Shown here piece after piece: positions 1 to 14,521 of a stretch of DNA of 64,000 nucleotides. The position numbers and the translations under genes were made by a program. The stretch's first letter is position 1; each line of letters starts with the position of its first letter. The notes under the pieces were generated by a model that had not been told where the DNA came from, made no database searches, and saw nothing but the letters and a program-made list of their open reading frames with translations. Source of the DNA: Harriotta raleighana (taxonomy: Eukaryota); the NCBI GenBank assembly GCA_050575255.1, contig JBNZDD010013634.1, positions 1,950,280 through 2,014,279 on the forward strand. Direction: 5' to 3'.

Positions 1-36
1 TATTGGATTCACATTTCTACCCTTACAGCAGCAGAT

Positions 37-225
37 AATAATAATAATAATAATTCTTGCATTTGATACCGCACCTTATTATGTCGTTGAGACATCTCAA
101 AGCATTTCACAGAAAATATTGTAAAATGAATTGACTATATATTTTGTGGGCGAAACGCAGCAGCCAACTGCATGCAGCCGCCTTTCCCAAACAGTTGTGG
201 ATTGAGTGACCCCATTTTTTTTTGT
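37..225 (-). mobile_element. SINE 3' half, same family
   Basis: (AAT)n followed by cttgcatttgata...gtgggcgaaacgcagcagcc. Confidence 0.8.
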
Positions 226-3178
226 GTCTCGGTGCTGGAGTGGAGTGGAGGGCATGTACAATGTAAGGTAGGAATAACCTCTTTTGTAAAGGGACCATAA
301 GACATGACGGGCACATGTGTGGCAGTTCAATCTGTGGTATTGCCTTAATAAATGGAGATTCATTCAAGTAACCTGAAAGAAATCACACACAGGGCAATCT
401 ACTAACAGAGCAGAAGCCCGGCAAGTCAATGGGTATTTCATTGGAATTCCTATACAGTTACCAATTACTAGTGATATGATTTTCAATTATGATGTAGGAT
501 CCACTTCTAAGTCACGAGTGGAGGCGACTGTCTCTGAGGGTCTATGGAGGAAATCTGAGCTATTGATAAGCTTTGTTTATATAGCGTCCTTCACGCCCGG
601 TGGCGTCTCGGAACGCTGGTGTTTAAGGCACATGAGTCACAGCTTTGTGGTCCCAGTTTTGCATCATCGGGTGCCTGACAGATGAGTTTCAGCAGCTCAC
701 AGTTTGCAGAATGTGTCATTTTGCAGGTAGGAGAAGATTGCTTAGAAATCATTTATTTTAGTGAAGCACAGGTTAAGAGGGAGAAGAGACCACACCCATT
801 CCACACACACCCCACACTGAACAGGACCACAGAGTTCCTGACAATAGTATTTTAGCAAACCCATGAATGTTAACAACCTCGACAAAAGGTTAAAACAACA
901 TTTATGATGTTCTGTCTGGATTTTTTCAGGAGCTTTGTGAATACTGTACAGTGAATCTTTCCTCCGTCCTTTTCTAGTTGGAGTGTTTATATTACCATTT
1001 CTGATCGAGTTTTTCACATCCTGAACATGTTTAAGGTACCTATGACTCATTTGCCAACAAAACTGCACAACATTGAAGGACTGCTGATAGCGTACCGTCA
1101 GCACAAGTTAGAACATTAGTTCTGGATAATATCCAGGAATTGCAAGAATAACTGAATTCCCATTGGACACATGAGTTCAGTGATAAATGACAACTCAAGC
1201 CAATAAGGCATTCGCAAACAGACTACAAGCAGAACCCAACCCTGAAGCCAAAGTCCCAACAGTGCCTTTGTTTAAATGCATTCCCAGCCATAAGTTATTA
1301 TTCAACATGTCGAATGCCATGGAACTGCAAAGCGTTACAACCTTGAGCACATTTTGAAATGTCATCTCGTTTTAACATAATCTATTCCATTTAAGCATTT
1401 AATCTTCTCAATCCACACACATCTCCCTTCCCCGCACTGCTCCGCTCCCCACCTGACTTGACAGGAGGAGCAGGTTTCCTGAGAAACAAAATTGCTTCGT
1501 TGCACAGGTTATATTACTCCTGTCCATAATACACAGGGATCCATTCCTAAGCAGATCTTATGGCGGTGGGTTCAGATTCTGTCACAAACTGCAAGTATAA
1601 GGTACAAGTACCACTGTAGCCCTCAATTCTCAGTCACTTGGCTCACACAGAATCACTGTATTCTGTACTGTATAGTACATGCATAAAATGTACCTGCTCC
1701 TTTTCAAATGGAGCTTGTGGCAACAATAGATTTCTGTTTCCTGTCGCGGGCAGTGAGTCTAAAGCTGATATTTAATGCCAGGGCATTTCAGATAATTAAT
1801 GGCACTTTAGGCCGGCCAGCCTGCTAGCTCATCCATCCTTAATGGGTTTTTCCAGGCTTGCGCAGTCCCATGTTGCTGCGGCATGTGACAGTACCCTGGA
1901 TTGATGACTGTGCTGGAATTCCCACAAGCTTACCGAATGATAATGAACAGTTAATAACCAGGAAACAAGTAATCAAATAATCAAACAACATTACACATCA
2001 TGTAAATAATGAGAACTGTGGTAAATAATCACTGTAACCGTTTATTTAAGTAGCTCAAGCAATTGCAACTCGAAAACATGCAGTAAACAGAATTCTCAGA
2101 GTCATCAACTCGATTGACTTTTATTGACTTAACCTTCCTTGGTTGTCCTCATTCACTGTTTTATAAAAAATAATCAGAGTTGATCAGAACTAGGGCAGAT
2201 GATGAAGTTGCTTCTGATCAGGGTTAGAGTCAGGTTACAGTCTAATGATTAACTTATCCTCACATGCTAAGTTGTAATTTCCATATGAAAATCTGCTGGG
2301 CTCTCCAGTCGATTGGTGAAATTCAAAGGCTAAGAGCAAAATCTGTGAGGAATGTATGTTTATTCTTTCAATGCTCTTTCTCCATTGCTTTGTGACAAAA
2401 ATAATGAATTAATGCTAACTGTGTATTATAAATAAGAGCATTGTATTAAGCCTTCTTTCACCCATACACTTCTGTGTCATGGAATTTAAGAAGTTCAGGC
2501 ACATGATCTTACCAACACCAACCAAGAAAGAACCATTAATTCTTAAACGGAGAGATAAGAAATGTAAATGTAAATTGAATTCACTCACTACAATATGGAT
2601 TTTGGTTGCTGCTTCTCTACATTATTGGTATAATCAATCACATACAGTGTAACACACTGAACAGCACAGTTACATTCTCAATGGAATATTAAGAATAGCT
2701 GGCGTCACACGTCTAAATCAGCCATTGAGAATCTGAGGTTGTACCACGCATGCTGTGAATCAGTCGCCTGGAACATTAACATTATAAAACAGCTCCCAAA
2801 TATGTCAGTAAAGCTGAGGTTTTCAATACTGTACAGGACCACAAAGATACATTTTTTATGCATTTCAAACACACATCCTTTTGACAGGAGTTCAGCAAAA
2901 AACGATGCAGACATATATTGTATGTCTGAAATAAAAACTGAAAAAAGATCTAATATTGTCCTTGTGTGATCCATTCAATATTTTGAAAGGCAGTGAGCAA
3001 ACTCACTGTATTTTAAGCGTTTCAAGACAACAACCACAAATTATATTGTATAGCACCTTTCATGTAGGGTGGACAACCCAAGGTGCTGGACAGTCAGGGA
3101 TTTGGACCCTGTGAGGGAGACGTCACCATGGCATGAAATATAAGTTGTATTGTACTCAGCTAGAATGTTCCGCTAAGT

Positions 3179-3686
3179 CAGTGGTTTCCAAGCTGTGTAC
3201 GTGCCTCTCTTGCAGGGGCACTTACCGTTGGCTGGGTGGGTAGTGGGGGGGGGGGGTTGCGCAGACGTTGTTCGCCAACGGGTGGAAAGGTGGCACAACC
3301 ACGCTCGGACCTGGGAGTGAGCCAGGCCAACACCGAGCGAGAACAACAGCGAGTGAATGAGCCGAGCAGGCAGTCAGGGAGCAGGTGAGTGAGCTAGGCA
3401 GGCAGTCACACAATAAATTCTAAGTGTCGTAAATTGTAAATGTATGTATTGGAATTGGTTTCACAATTTTAATAATTTTTTTAATTTTATCAACATTTTT
3501 AACAATTTAATGTTGTGTGTTAATACTTTTGGGAAAAAAACTGATTAAAAGCACCTAAAGAAAATATTGAATTTGCTGTTATTATTTGTGAAATAATTCA
3601 ATATGATGGAGGATGGGGGGGGGGGGGGCAACAAAAACATTGCCGAGTTAGGGGGTGCGCCACTATTTGAAGTTTGGGAGCCACTG
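3179..3686. mobile_element. Non-autonomous hAT (Charlie-like) DNA transposon
   Basis: TIRs cagtggtttccaagct / agtttgggagccactg and degenerate 8-bp TSD cgctaagt / tgctaagc. Confidence 0.75.
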
Positions 3687-3851
3687 TGCTAAGCTATATT
3701 TAAAGAAATCTGTAAGATTGTTTGCAGACATTAGAGAATTAGTCTCCAACAGAGAATAGCTGGCCGTCAACTGCGCATTCCTTACATTTCTGAAACATCA
3801 AATCGCAAACTAAAAAAACACCTGCTGGAAACAGTAACATTCAGTGTAAAG

Positions 3852-4074
3852 CAGTGGCTTCCAAACTTTGAATAGCAGCGCCCCCTTAACTCTGCAACGT
3901 TTTCATTGCGTCCCCGTTCCCCCCCCTCACACTCAGCTGTACACACTCGGGTCCTGGGCTCGGCCTTGGCTCCACATGCACTCGGGGTTTCGAGAGTCTA
4001 AAGCTCTGCCCCTCCCCCCCAAGCCAACAGTACACGCCTCCAAAGGGAGCCGCACCCCAGTTTGGAAACAATTG
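3852..4074. mobile_element. Non-autonomous hAT (Charlie-like) MITE, 223 bp
   Basis: TIRs cagtggcttccaaact / agtttggaaacaattg and 8-bp TSD gtgtaaag / atgtaaag. Confidence 0.8.
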
Positions 4075-4270
4075 ATGTAAAGCAACTTGTCCATAAGTTG
4101 TCAGCACACACCAAAAATCTTTTCTTTCTTGAAAAAGAATTTCAAATTCTTCAAATCAAAGTACTCCGATACAATTTATTGGCAGCATCAATGGAAAAAA
4201 CATCAAATGTCGGTTTGATAATAGCAGCACTTTCTGTACAAGAAATGTCCCCAAACTCTGATATCTTTAC

Positions 4271-4330
4271 CTCATCCGCCTTCAAGATGTTTGCTATCTT
4301 AGTTTGGATGGAATGTGATATCCTTTAGTC
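4271..4330 (-). other. Candidate 60-nt 5'-UTR exon (stops in all three frames, ends in ATG AG|gt)
   Basis: Acceptor tctctgtgtgctttcacag and donor GAG|gtaaag. Confidence 0.3.
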
Positions 4331-7300
4331 CTGTGAAAGCACACAGAGAGTCCGGACTTAACCAGCCTCAGAAATAAAAGGACAACTTGGCTCACCTTGG
4401 GGAGGGAAAGGAAGCAGAGGTGGATAGTCTGGTATTGNTTAGTTTGGATGGAATGTGATATCCTTTAGTCCTGTGAAAGCACACAGAGTCCGGACTTAAC
4501 CAGCCTCAGAAATAAAAGGACAACTTGGCTCACCTTGGGGAGGGGAAGGAAGCAGAGGTGGATAGTCTGGTATTAATCTATTCAGTTATAAAAATGTTTT
4601 CCATTTGTCATCATCACCACTAACTGTAGGCAAAGAAAAAGCGTTGAAGGTTGTGGACACCTTTGCCGCATCTACTCAACTATAGCTCTCTGGTAGAGTT
4701 AGGATTGGCAATGGATTGTGCAGCAAGAAACAAGGTTGAAGCTAGTTTTGTGAGCGAGGTTTTTTGTGAAATGTAGGACAGATTAAATCAGAGTCAATGT
4801 CATCTTAAGATACAACTTCATTCAACTTGTTAATCGAGTAGTGATAGTGGAGGACTCTAATGAGTGATAAATTTGCCATCCGCTCTGCTTTTATGGCATT
4901 AAATTAAAAAGATTAAATTGAAAAGGTCACTGTAAATATTTTTGTTGCAATAATGCGCTGTAGTAAAACGACAGATTTCGGAGCAAAGTACTGTACTTGA
5001 ATCAAGCTGCTGTTTGTTGCCTTTTCCAGGAAACAAGCCTGCCCCCCAGCCTCTACTCCTATTCCAACACCCTTTAGGTTAAAAAGGTCAACACAAAAAA
5101 AAACACTGAATTCCAAATACTTTTATAACCTCACAATTTCAGTGACAAGTTTGACAACATATTACTGTCATAAGAGGTTTAAGAAATGATATGTTCCACA
5201 TTTTTATGCCTTTTACTGTTAATGAGGACATATCGGTGTTGGTGAAAGCAAGGGGTGAGGAAAAGAGCATGTGAGCTCCGACAAGCCTGTGAATCCCAGG
5301 GCCTTGGGACGTCCTCCGAACATGAAAGGTACTATGCAAGTGTAATTTTTTGTTGTTGTTGAGGCTTGCTGTGTCAGAGACAGAGAGGAGAGAGGTAGTC
5401 ACTGTGTTTTTTTCCCCAGAGTTCCATCTTTGTCCAAGATGGAACATAAAGTTTACAGTCATCTTCCCAGTTCTAGAAGCTCAGTTTACACTTTACCTGA
5501 AAATAAGTCGGATGCATAAGTCGTTCAAGTGTTAACATCCAGCGTTTGGATCTTTAGAAGGGAAATATACTGGTTCAGCAGTTTGATCTATGAGGCCACA
5601 CCTCGATTGAAACACACAGATGTTTTTACTTCTTACTCAAAACAGGCCCAACGATTGAGAAACACAGATTCAGTGTTGGGACAAACCATGAGGCAACAGT
5701 CCGTCAGTGTGTGACTATTATGAACAACTGCACAGCTAAGTCATGAATCCAATTCATCTCCACCAGCTACTGTAACTCCCAATTTAATCAGTTCTGCTCC
5801 ATTCAGTTCATGCCTATTACTGTAATTTGCTTGTGTCGGGCCACAATAACAGGTGCAGATTATTCACAAAAGTGTTCTTGGTTATTTGCTGGGAACACAG
5901 CAGACCTGGCAAGTTCCTGGTTCCTCATAGGCTGCAACAAGTCTGATTCAACAAGTGATGGTTCATTCCATCGAACCCTCTGTGTCTGAGGGTCAGGGCT
6001 CCGGTTAACACGACCTGAGAGAGACTTCTGCATTGTGTGCAAAATCATCACTAGTAATCCATACAAATGTACCACACACAACAGCTGTGATTATGGGTAC
6101 TACATTCCCACCCCCTTAACAGAAAGCCTTTAGCATATCATGTAGAGCAGTCCTCGTTTCTGTAACGGCAAGTTTTATATGTTGTTCCTCACCATAGAAC
6201 TAAAGCCCACCCCAACATTGAGGAGGATTTCAGCAGCTAGCAGTTCAAAATACATCACCGAGACCACTAGCTAACGTGGAAAAAATTAGATTTTTAGCAT
6301 GAAGTTCAGGACTTGTCTGATTTTGAGAAACTTCGATCTACCTCGCACACTTGGAGGCAGAGTCACGGAACATCAGTCAGTCTTCAGCCAGTCATGCAAA
6401 ACAGTCCAACATTAACAACGGAAAAGCTGCTCCTCCAAATGATAAAAGGATGATTATGTTTCCCCATGCACATCTAATGTGCAAAGCATGGCAGTATTGT
6501 TATTAAATGGGCTGTGTTTGCAACCTTGGATTTTAATGGGAAGGTTTTATGTTCAGAATTTAAAAGGTTGAGTGTAAATATTATGAAAGCCCTTCCCACT
6601 GTGCAATTAGGTCACTAGAATCCGAACGCAAACAAAATCTTTTGGTAATTCGGGACTGATTGCAATCAGAGCACCAATTTTAGAAATTGTTTATATTTCC
6701 TACATTTTTTCTCGAAAACTATCTTAACTCCTCAGCTCTGCTCTTTTCCTCCATCTTAGCTTTATTCATTTATCACACGTTACAAAGTGCAGTGATCGGG
6801 TGCTGATGTATAAGAAACCAAAGTGGCTGAAAAGGATTTATTCCATTACCTTCCATATGTTTTGCTATTTTCAACAGGGACAGCACATTCATTTCAAATT
6901 GCTCAAAAGTGTTTTTTTCGTCCCGGAATAAATTCCAAACAAGTGATTGAAACGTGTGATTCCGACTTCCATTCCACTGGTACCATTGACACCCTTACTA
7001 TTCAAACATCTGTATAAGAGGAACCGAGCTCCATATAGCACTGCCTAAGAGAAAAGTCTGCATTGGATGAATATCTAGCACTGTATTTTGTGCAAACACA
7101 TAACTTCTGTAATCACTGAAACCACAACCCATCTCCAAAACAAGACACGCTACTTATTTATCCCCTCCATCACCCATCTCCTGTAATGTTTTTCTCCAGT
7201 TTCTTTCCTTTATAAAATTAACATTTTGAGTTTCCTTCAGCTCTTCATCGTTTTCTCATTTCCCTTCTACTCACAATGGTTCAGCTAAGGCCGAATCAAC

Positions 7301-9554
7301 CCAACAGAAATAGAATGCAACCTCAAGTACTAAGGTGGGGCTCAATTTTACTCTATTTAAGATTATATCAAAAGGTAATTTTAAATAGAATGAATAGAAT
7401 AAGACGTTTATTATTTTTAAAAGTTTGTACATAAATTGCAGATTGGAACCCACTTAATGTCGAATACAATGCATTCAGGAAACACTGGCATTCATTGGAT
7501 TTTGAGAATTAATAAAACGCTTGACCTTAAGATTCTGGTGGGAAATGCCAGGATCATTACAATTACAACCAAGACAATTCTAAAAAGTAACAGTGAGTAG
7601 TTTTGTGCTTTGCTATTGTAAGGCAGCAGATTAATTATATCACAAATGAACAGGCTGCCTTGTTGATTCTGTGTTGAGCTCTCTTGGGACTGAAGAGCAT
7701 TCCCACCAGCCCAGTTCAATAGCACTTTCGCCTTTGGGTTTTTAGCAGATTGTGGGTATTGAAGCCCATCTCTTTCTTGTCTGGGCTGCGTCAAGCAGCA
7801 ATCCCAATGTAGTGCAGTACTAGGGTAAAGCAGCATGGGTGGATGTACTGTTTTCAGGTGCTGTTAAGGATGCAATGTGTCCTCTCTTTCAGCTCAGGAG
7901 GAAATGCTCAGACAAGTGTTGCTAAACGTGTGCCAGCAACAATCAGAAGAACAGAGCAGCAAACTCAAGGGAATAAAGCAGTCGGACACTGTCTAAGCAG
8001 AAAGCCCGAGCTGTTACCTACATAGAGCGAGACCAGATTTCTGCTCCCCACTGTGATTGAGCAGTGAAGGTCTCATTTCCCCCACTTTGTTTAGTCTCGC
8101 TCCTGTGGTTGCAGGTTCTGAGTCAGGTTTCCGGAATTCATTTAGAGGATTGTGAAAACCACACCCCCCTGAGAATTGATCATCATTCCCCAGATTGTGG
8201 CTCAGGCCCATATGATCCATTATAACATCAGCAGCCCACTTTACGGAGTTAATACAATTGCCTTTTCACCTTGGATCTCTCTTCAAATGCACTACAGATT
8301 GACAGTATTAAAAGACAGCCCCCACCTCTATCCCAAGATCTGCTTAGATTTTTTTTAAGAATATCTACAGTTCCAAATGGCACAAAACACAGCAAAAGTA
8401 AAGCTCCCTCTACGCCAGCAACATGCATTAAGAACCATAAAAATAAGCTGCGCATTGGATGCAGAGTTCAAGGTTTCAAAGGCCATTGTTGTAGTGTAGC
8501 GTCTGTTGAGGGGGCCCCAGCAGCCAATGTACACACAGCAGCTCCATAAACAGCAATGGGGAATGACCAATTTGTCTGGAGGATTACAGGCAAGATGATA
8601 CAAGAAGGTCATTTTCCATTTCCCTTAGGATCAATCGTAATGAGTGAGCCTGGCAGATTAGTTCCCGTTTGGGTTGTGGATTCCCTCCCTCCCTCAGTCC
8701 CTCTCACCCTCGGTCTCTCCAGGAACTCAGATATCATCCTGGCTTCACATACTGTATTTCAATGCGAGCCCATGCTTTCTGGCAGCGAGCACCAGCTTTC
8801 ATTCCATCTGTCTGGACTCAATCGCCAGACCCTCAGGTGAAAGAATAACATTCCAAGCCCTGAGCCACCCTGGTTCAAGGTGGTCTATTTACAAAATTAA
8901 CCCCCTGTTTCCACTCTGAGGTGTAAATCCTGATTGTGCCTCAATGTGAAGAATAAAATGATTGGGATGAGGAAAAGTTTGTATAATTTAAGTGTGACTT
9001 CACTGTACTACACCAGATGGGGAGAGAGATAGCTTAAGGGCATTTAAGACAATGGTTTCTGTTTTCTTTTGCTGGATAATGCAAAGCAAACAGTGAATTG
9101 ATGCAGAAACCACAGCCAAATCTCAGTGTTTGCAAATGGAGCTCTTCGTGAGTAGATAAATGGGAGAGAATAACACTCACTAGATGCAGTGATCATTAAC
9201 CAGAGAACAGTTGATAAAGCACCATAGGCCCTCTAAAGAAAGCAGATTGCTGCATTTTTCAGTGTGAGTGAGAGAAGTATGCCAAAAAGATTCCATTCTG
9301 GCCCCAAAGTTCCTGCAGCAATTATTTTCCAGCACATATTTCGACTTGTACGTAATAGTGATAGTTTGGCATCGGTTACAGCAATGAGGGTTTGTGTGGA
9401 CTCAGCGGGAGCTTTGATTTGATTCTCCCTCAGGTTCAGCTGCAGGAGTCTAAGGTCACACTGGATCACTGTCTCCCTCACTCAGGGTCAACTCAAGAAA
9501 TCTGCAGTCTGACAGTATCACAAATGCTGGAAACTAAACTGTCCGATTCACAAT

Positions 9555-9848
9555 AATGATGATGATAATAATAATCCTTACATTTGATATAGCGCTTTTC
9601 ACGTCTTCTAGACATTTCAAAACTCCTCACAGAAAATACTGCAAAGTGAATTGACTGTATATTTTGTGGGCGAAATGCGGCAGCCAATTGTCCCACAAAT
9701 AATCTTGGATTGAAATGACCAATTTATTATTGTTTGTGAGGGATTATTATTAGAAGTGTGGAAAAACGAAATTTGCCCAAAGTTTTACCCTGCCTGGAAT
9801 TGAACACAGATCTCCCTCTTGGAAGGCGAGTGCTCTAACCACTGAGCT
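9555..9848 (-). mobile_element. tRNA-derived SINE, near full length, same family
   Basis: Same head, body and tail as 62075-62402. Confidence 0.85.
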
Positions 9849-11734
9849 CCGATAATGATCATTGGGCCTCGTTTCAGAAACAAAACCCAGTGATTTCCAG
9901 ATCCTCAGGCTAAGGCCAAAGAAATCCCTTCACTATACACACTTTGACACAAAATGTCTGGGGTGAAACAATCTAATAATCTTTACATTTGATATTACGC
10001 CTTTCATTTCTGGAGGACATTCTCACAGCTCTTTGCCGGATGCACTGCAAAATATGGGGCTGTGGGTTTGTGCAGACAAATAGTGTACACAGCTGAACGT
10101 TCATCCTCACATTTTATCATGGCCTCTCATTGCAGGCCAACGAAGGTCGAGGGAACTAAACCATCCCGCTTTTAAGAGCAACAATCTATTTAATTTATAA
10201 CCTGTCATTTTTAAGAGTGATAATAGTCCTCTGTACGTCATAAACTTTTGCAGCATTTCCTGAACCATTTCTTTATGACCTGGACTTTGACATTAGATTG
10301 CTGACTGTCACCCCTTGACTGCCATCCACTGGCCTCTTTGTGCCGCATAGAGGTAACTCTTAAGCTCTCCCATGACATGTTTACTCCCCAATGTATAACC
10401 AAACAACACAGTCTCTAGCACGTTTGCTGATCCCAGTATTCAGGACACTTTGATTGGTCTCTAAGAGGGGTGGAGAGAAAATAATAATAATCATTCAAGA
10501 TATTGAAGCTATTTAGCATTTATGAACAGAAATGCTCTCACCCGACCCACCCCCCCACTCCACCACCCTTTCCCTTTGGGGCAAATAGCAATGATACACA
10601 GACTATTTGTGAATCTGAACGGACACAAAGACAAGGGAGGCTGCATTCCTTCTGTCAGCAATTTCCTGGAAAAATTCATCGTTCTGCACTCAAGTGAGAA
10701 GAAGGGAATTTCCTCCTGCTTTTAGCCAGTTCTGCACAGCTTAACCCATGAGTCCGAGATGAATCATTTGCATTGTCACCAACCAAATAATTAATCTCTG
10801 GAACTGATGGTTTAAGAATAATAGGTCACTTGAAGTCTTTGCTTGTACAAACATTAGGAAACTAATAATAATTTGAAGTGTTATTTCAACTTAAAACTGT
10901 TGGTGAAACGTCTAACAGGATTCTCACAGCACTTGCACCTCCCATAGTCAACTCAACCTATTGAGGAAGCGAGAGGTTTTCATCAATATTTAAACACTAG
11001 TGGCTGTCACAACAACAACAATTTAAAAAAACTTAATTAAAAAAGTTACAATTTATTATTATAGGATTTGGAATGCTACCATTGCACAGAAATATTGTGA
11101 TGTGTTCTCATGGGTAAAATAATCTCTGTTGCATAAAGTAAAACATGTTTATGGTCATTCTGTCAAACTATTCAAAGAAATAAAATGTAATCGTAGCTTT
11201 AACGAAAGGATATCTGCAACTAAGGACCATGTCTTGGTGTGGAACAGTAGGCACTGAAGGAATGAATAGCACAAATGCAGCACCACTGTCTGTATCCTGC
11301 CCTCCAGGAATCCACTAGCCACCAATTTGTATCCATTTGCCAGAACCCAACAAACCACATCAACGCTAAAATCATAGGTTACTCAGTCCCGTGTGAGATT
11401 AGGGCATTTACCAAAGTGCAGTGAAGGCATTCACAGTAAAAACTCTGATTATATGTTCTGTTCTCTGTAATAAGTACCTGTAGAGATTTTGCTGGGGAAA
11501 TGCTCTCACAAATTTCCTCCCCATCTGTATTGAAGGTACTGATCATGCTGACTCCAGCGCTTTGCCCAAGTTGCTATTCTTCATGTGAGAGACTAGACAA
11601 GTAGCTTCGCCTGGCTATTTGACTCTGGGCCTATCATATAAGGCTGTACCAGAGCCCATTCACTTGGGTCATGCCACCCACATGACCACTCTTCATCATA
11701 TTCACATTATTTTGAGCAGTTTCAGACATTCCAT

Positions 11735-12110
11735 CCTTTATTAGATTCCTTAACTGTCAAAACGTCTCAAAAGCTCTTCATAGTAATCGTTGTCAAGTGG
11801 AGGGATGTAGGGCCTATTTTGTTTACAGGCAAACACAGCAACTATTTTGTGCACATCAATGAGCCAGAGTAAAAGCTTAATGGCAAGGAAAACTTCCTTC
11901 TCATTGGGAATAGCGTCATGGGATCCTTAACGTCCCATTGAGGACAGGCAGACAGACCTCGGTTTCACTTCACAGACCTCTGAAAATGCACATCAACGTG
12001 AGCACCGGACTAAAGTATTAGCCTAGACTGTGACCTCAAATCCCAACATAGGGCTTGGACCCACGACATTCTGATCCAGAGGTGAGAGGAGTACCAACTG
12101 AGCCAACTGA
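11735..12110 (-). mobile_element. Old Deu-domain-type SINE (related copies about 13835-14045 - and 42890-43300 -)
   Basis: Shared catgggatccttaacgtcc...caggcagac..cctcggtt...agcctagac...acattctga...ccaactgagc pattern among the copies. Confidence 0.6.
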
Positions 12111-14177
12111 TGTCTAGAAAAAAATAAATAATTCACAATTGTTTGTTGGACACTGCTGTGTGCAATTGGCTGCCGCATTTTGCCCACAAAATAAATAGTA
12201 AATTCACTTCACACTAAGTGCTTTGAGACATCTCCATGATGTGATAAGGTGCAATATAAATGCAAGGATTACTATTATTATTAATTATGTGGCAATTGAC
12301 TTTCGACCAACAAGCAGAACTGATCCTGCTTTACAGAGTAGTCTTTCTGACACAATCCTTTCAATTTCGCACAACAATCTGAAACATCCAGACGTGATTT
12401 GAGCAGAAGAGAGAAGATCAGAAGTCAAGGAAACAGGCCAAAGGATGACAGAGAATAAACTAGCGGGCATTTGCATTTGAAAACCTAATTTGGCTCAATG
12501 CAGAACACCACAGAATAAAAAGTAATGAAACGTGACAGATTGATAAAGTAAACATTCTGTACGTTGAACAGGGCTTTGCCAGAATAATTTTTATTTCGTC
12601 AAATGATTCCATATTTTATCTTCAAAGCGATTTTTTTCCCTTCCCTGGAATTCCACTGAACCAGAAGACAAAAGGAGACTGATTTGCTTTTGCTTTTAAT
12701 TAAAAAAATGTACTGACGACCACAGTAGAACAATATGGATTTTTTTTTCATGTAACGAGACAGCCTGGGAAGCACATTTCCTCACAAATATTCAATTTTA
12801 TTCAATTACAAAAAAAAACTGCGACTTCAAGTCTTTTCTGAATAGGCAGAAAGTAACATTGGGCAGCTGTATACTATTATAACCATGTGCCAAACTCCCC
12901 CAGCTAATCAGGGGAAGCAGAGTGCCATTACTGCACCCGGGACTGAACACCCACACACTGCCGATAATCTTCCTGGGAGGTAATATTTACTGCATTAGCT
13001 GGCATCAACATGAGCAGTGGTCGATAATTGTGCTATCGGGTTGCAAAATTATCGACTACTGACCACACTGGAAAGGATCTGAGCGAGAAAGCTCCTGTCT
13101 GAAACCTCTTATACTGGGTGTAAGGTTTATGTAAGAAATGCTCCCAATGTAAAACCAGAGTAACTGGAGAGAAATGTTAAGAGCTATCCTGCAGGGTGAT
13201 GAGAGGGGGTGGGTGGTGGGGGTGTGGGGGGGAAGGGGAAGCCACAGGCTGCCTCCAGGGACCTTCAGCAAAATGGGATGGAATTTCAGTGCACTTTCCC
13301 TTAAAAGGAAGGAATGGATATGTGCCAGGAATGGAGCATTCCGCAGGCATGTTGGGAAAGTGGGTCCTGTGAGCAACTTTGCCTCATATGGGAATAACGT
13401 GGCCGGCATGAGATTAGAGCAGATCAGCAATGCTCTGGCTTGTTGCATGAATGGCGCAGATGTGGGATGTCACGGCCTACACAGAAACCAATACCACGCA
13501 AGTGTCACTGCCCCCAAATGAGCATCACATCTTTGTTTGCTTTGAGGCCTGCACTGGTGGTGGGTCTGAAACAAAAATCTGAAACTTAACTCTTTCTTTG
13601 CTGCATACTTCTGAATTCTGTTTCAAATACTCAACCTTCAACTCCTGCTCCATCCTACTTCTATGACTTTCTAAAGCCCTCTCAAGCCGGCATCTCCCTC
13701 TGCTCAGTAGGCAATGGCCTACTATACATCCCCCGCCCTGCCCGCCTTACCATCGATAAGCAGACATTCAGCCTTACGGTCCTCACTCTCAGGATGTACT
13801 GTAGCACTATCCAAGCTCACTACGTAGAACCTGCTCTATTCAAATAGTGTCATGGAGTCTTTAATCTGAACATGCAGGCTCCAACATTTCATCCGAAGAA
13901 AAGCAACCCCAGTAACGCAGCAAAACCTTCCTAACACGGAACTGGAGCATCAGCCTAGACTAGTGAGTTCAAGTCCTCAGATGAGGATTGAAACCCCGAC
14001 ATTCTGACCAATCGGTAAAAGTGCTACTCTGAGCCAGACGGACACTTGAGTAATAGTTGTTCTTTGTTGTTATTATTGAATACATTTACCCGGCTGCATT
14101 CACCCAATGTCAAACTGCATATACAGAAGCTGGAGAATTATTACCTCTAATGCCTTGGTCTGACTATATCTTTATCA

Positions 14178-14521
14178 TACAAAACCCCGTTTATCCAGCA
14201 CCCTCGGGGTGGGGGGTTCGACTAATTGACTGTGCCGGATAAGTGGGGAAAGCCCAACAGAAAAAATTAACTTATTTTAAAACATACCATGTTAATAATA
14301 GACTAAATAGTAACAGAATATTGTATGGATACTTACCAATAAAGTATTCCAGCACACTCGGTAAAAAGATCGGTAAAAAAGCAAATTCACAAATTTAATA
14401 AGTGCGCATTGCACGCATGCGCAAAGTGAGCAAACTCGCGATTGCTGGAATGGGGAATTGCCCCGGGAGGGGGTTGAGCAATCCGGTTGATCGAGTCACG
14501 GATAAACAGAGTTTTACTATA
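14178..14521. mobile_element. Tc1/mariner (Tigger-like) MITE
   Basis: Inverted ends aaaaccccgtttatcc / ggataaacagagtttt flanked by TA, with internal ccggataa subterminal motifs. Confidence 0.65.

Noticed and set aside
277-371. Possible - strand exon (acceptor tttctttcag; YLNESPFIKAIPQIELPHMCPSCLMVPLQK)
   Set aside because: Weak donor and no recognisable similarity to DENND2B, so it cannot be supported without RNA data.
4299-4574. Near-perfect ~137-bp tandem duplication covering part of the candidate exon
   Set aside because: The copies are separated by a single N (4438) and differ only by a few small changes, consistent with an unmerged contig or haplotype overlap.
7492-8740. 114-aa - strand ORF (7492-7836) and a short MISEFLERPR|gtgaga candidate exon near 8708-8737
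   Set aside because: No recognisable homology and both are compatible with chance.
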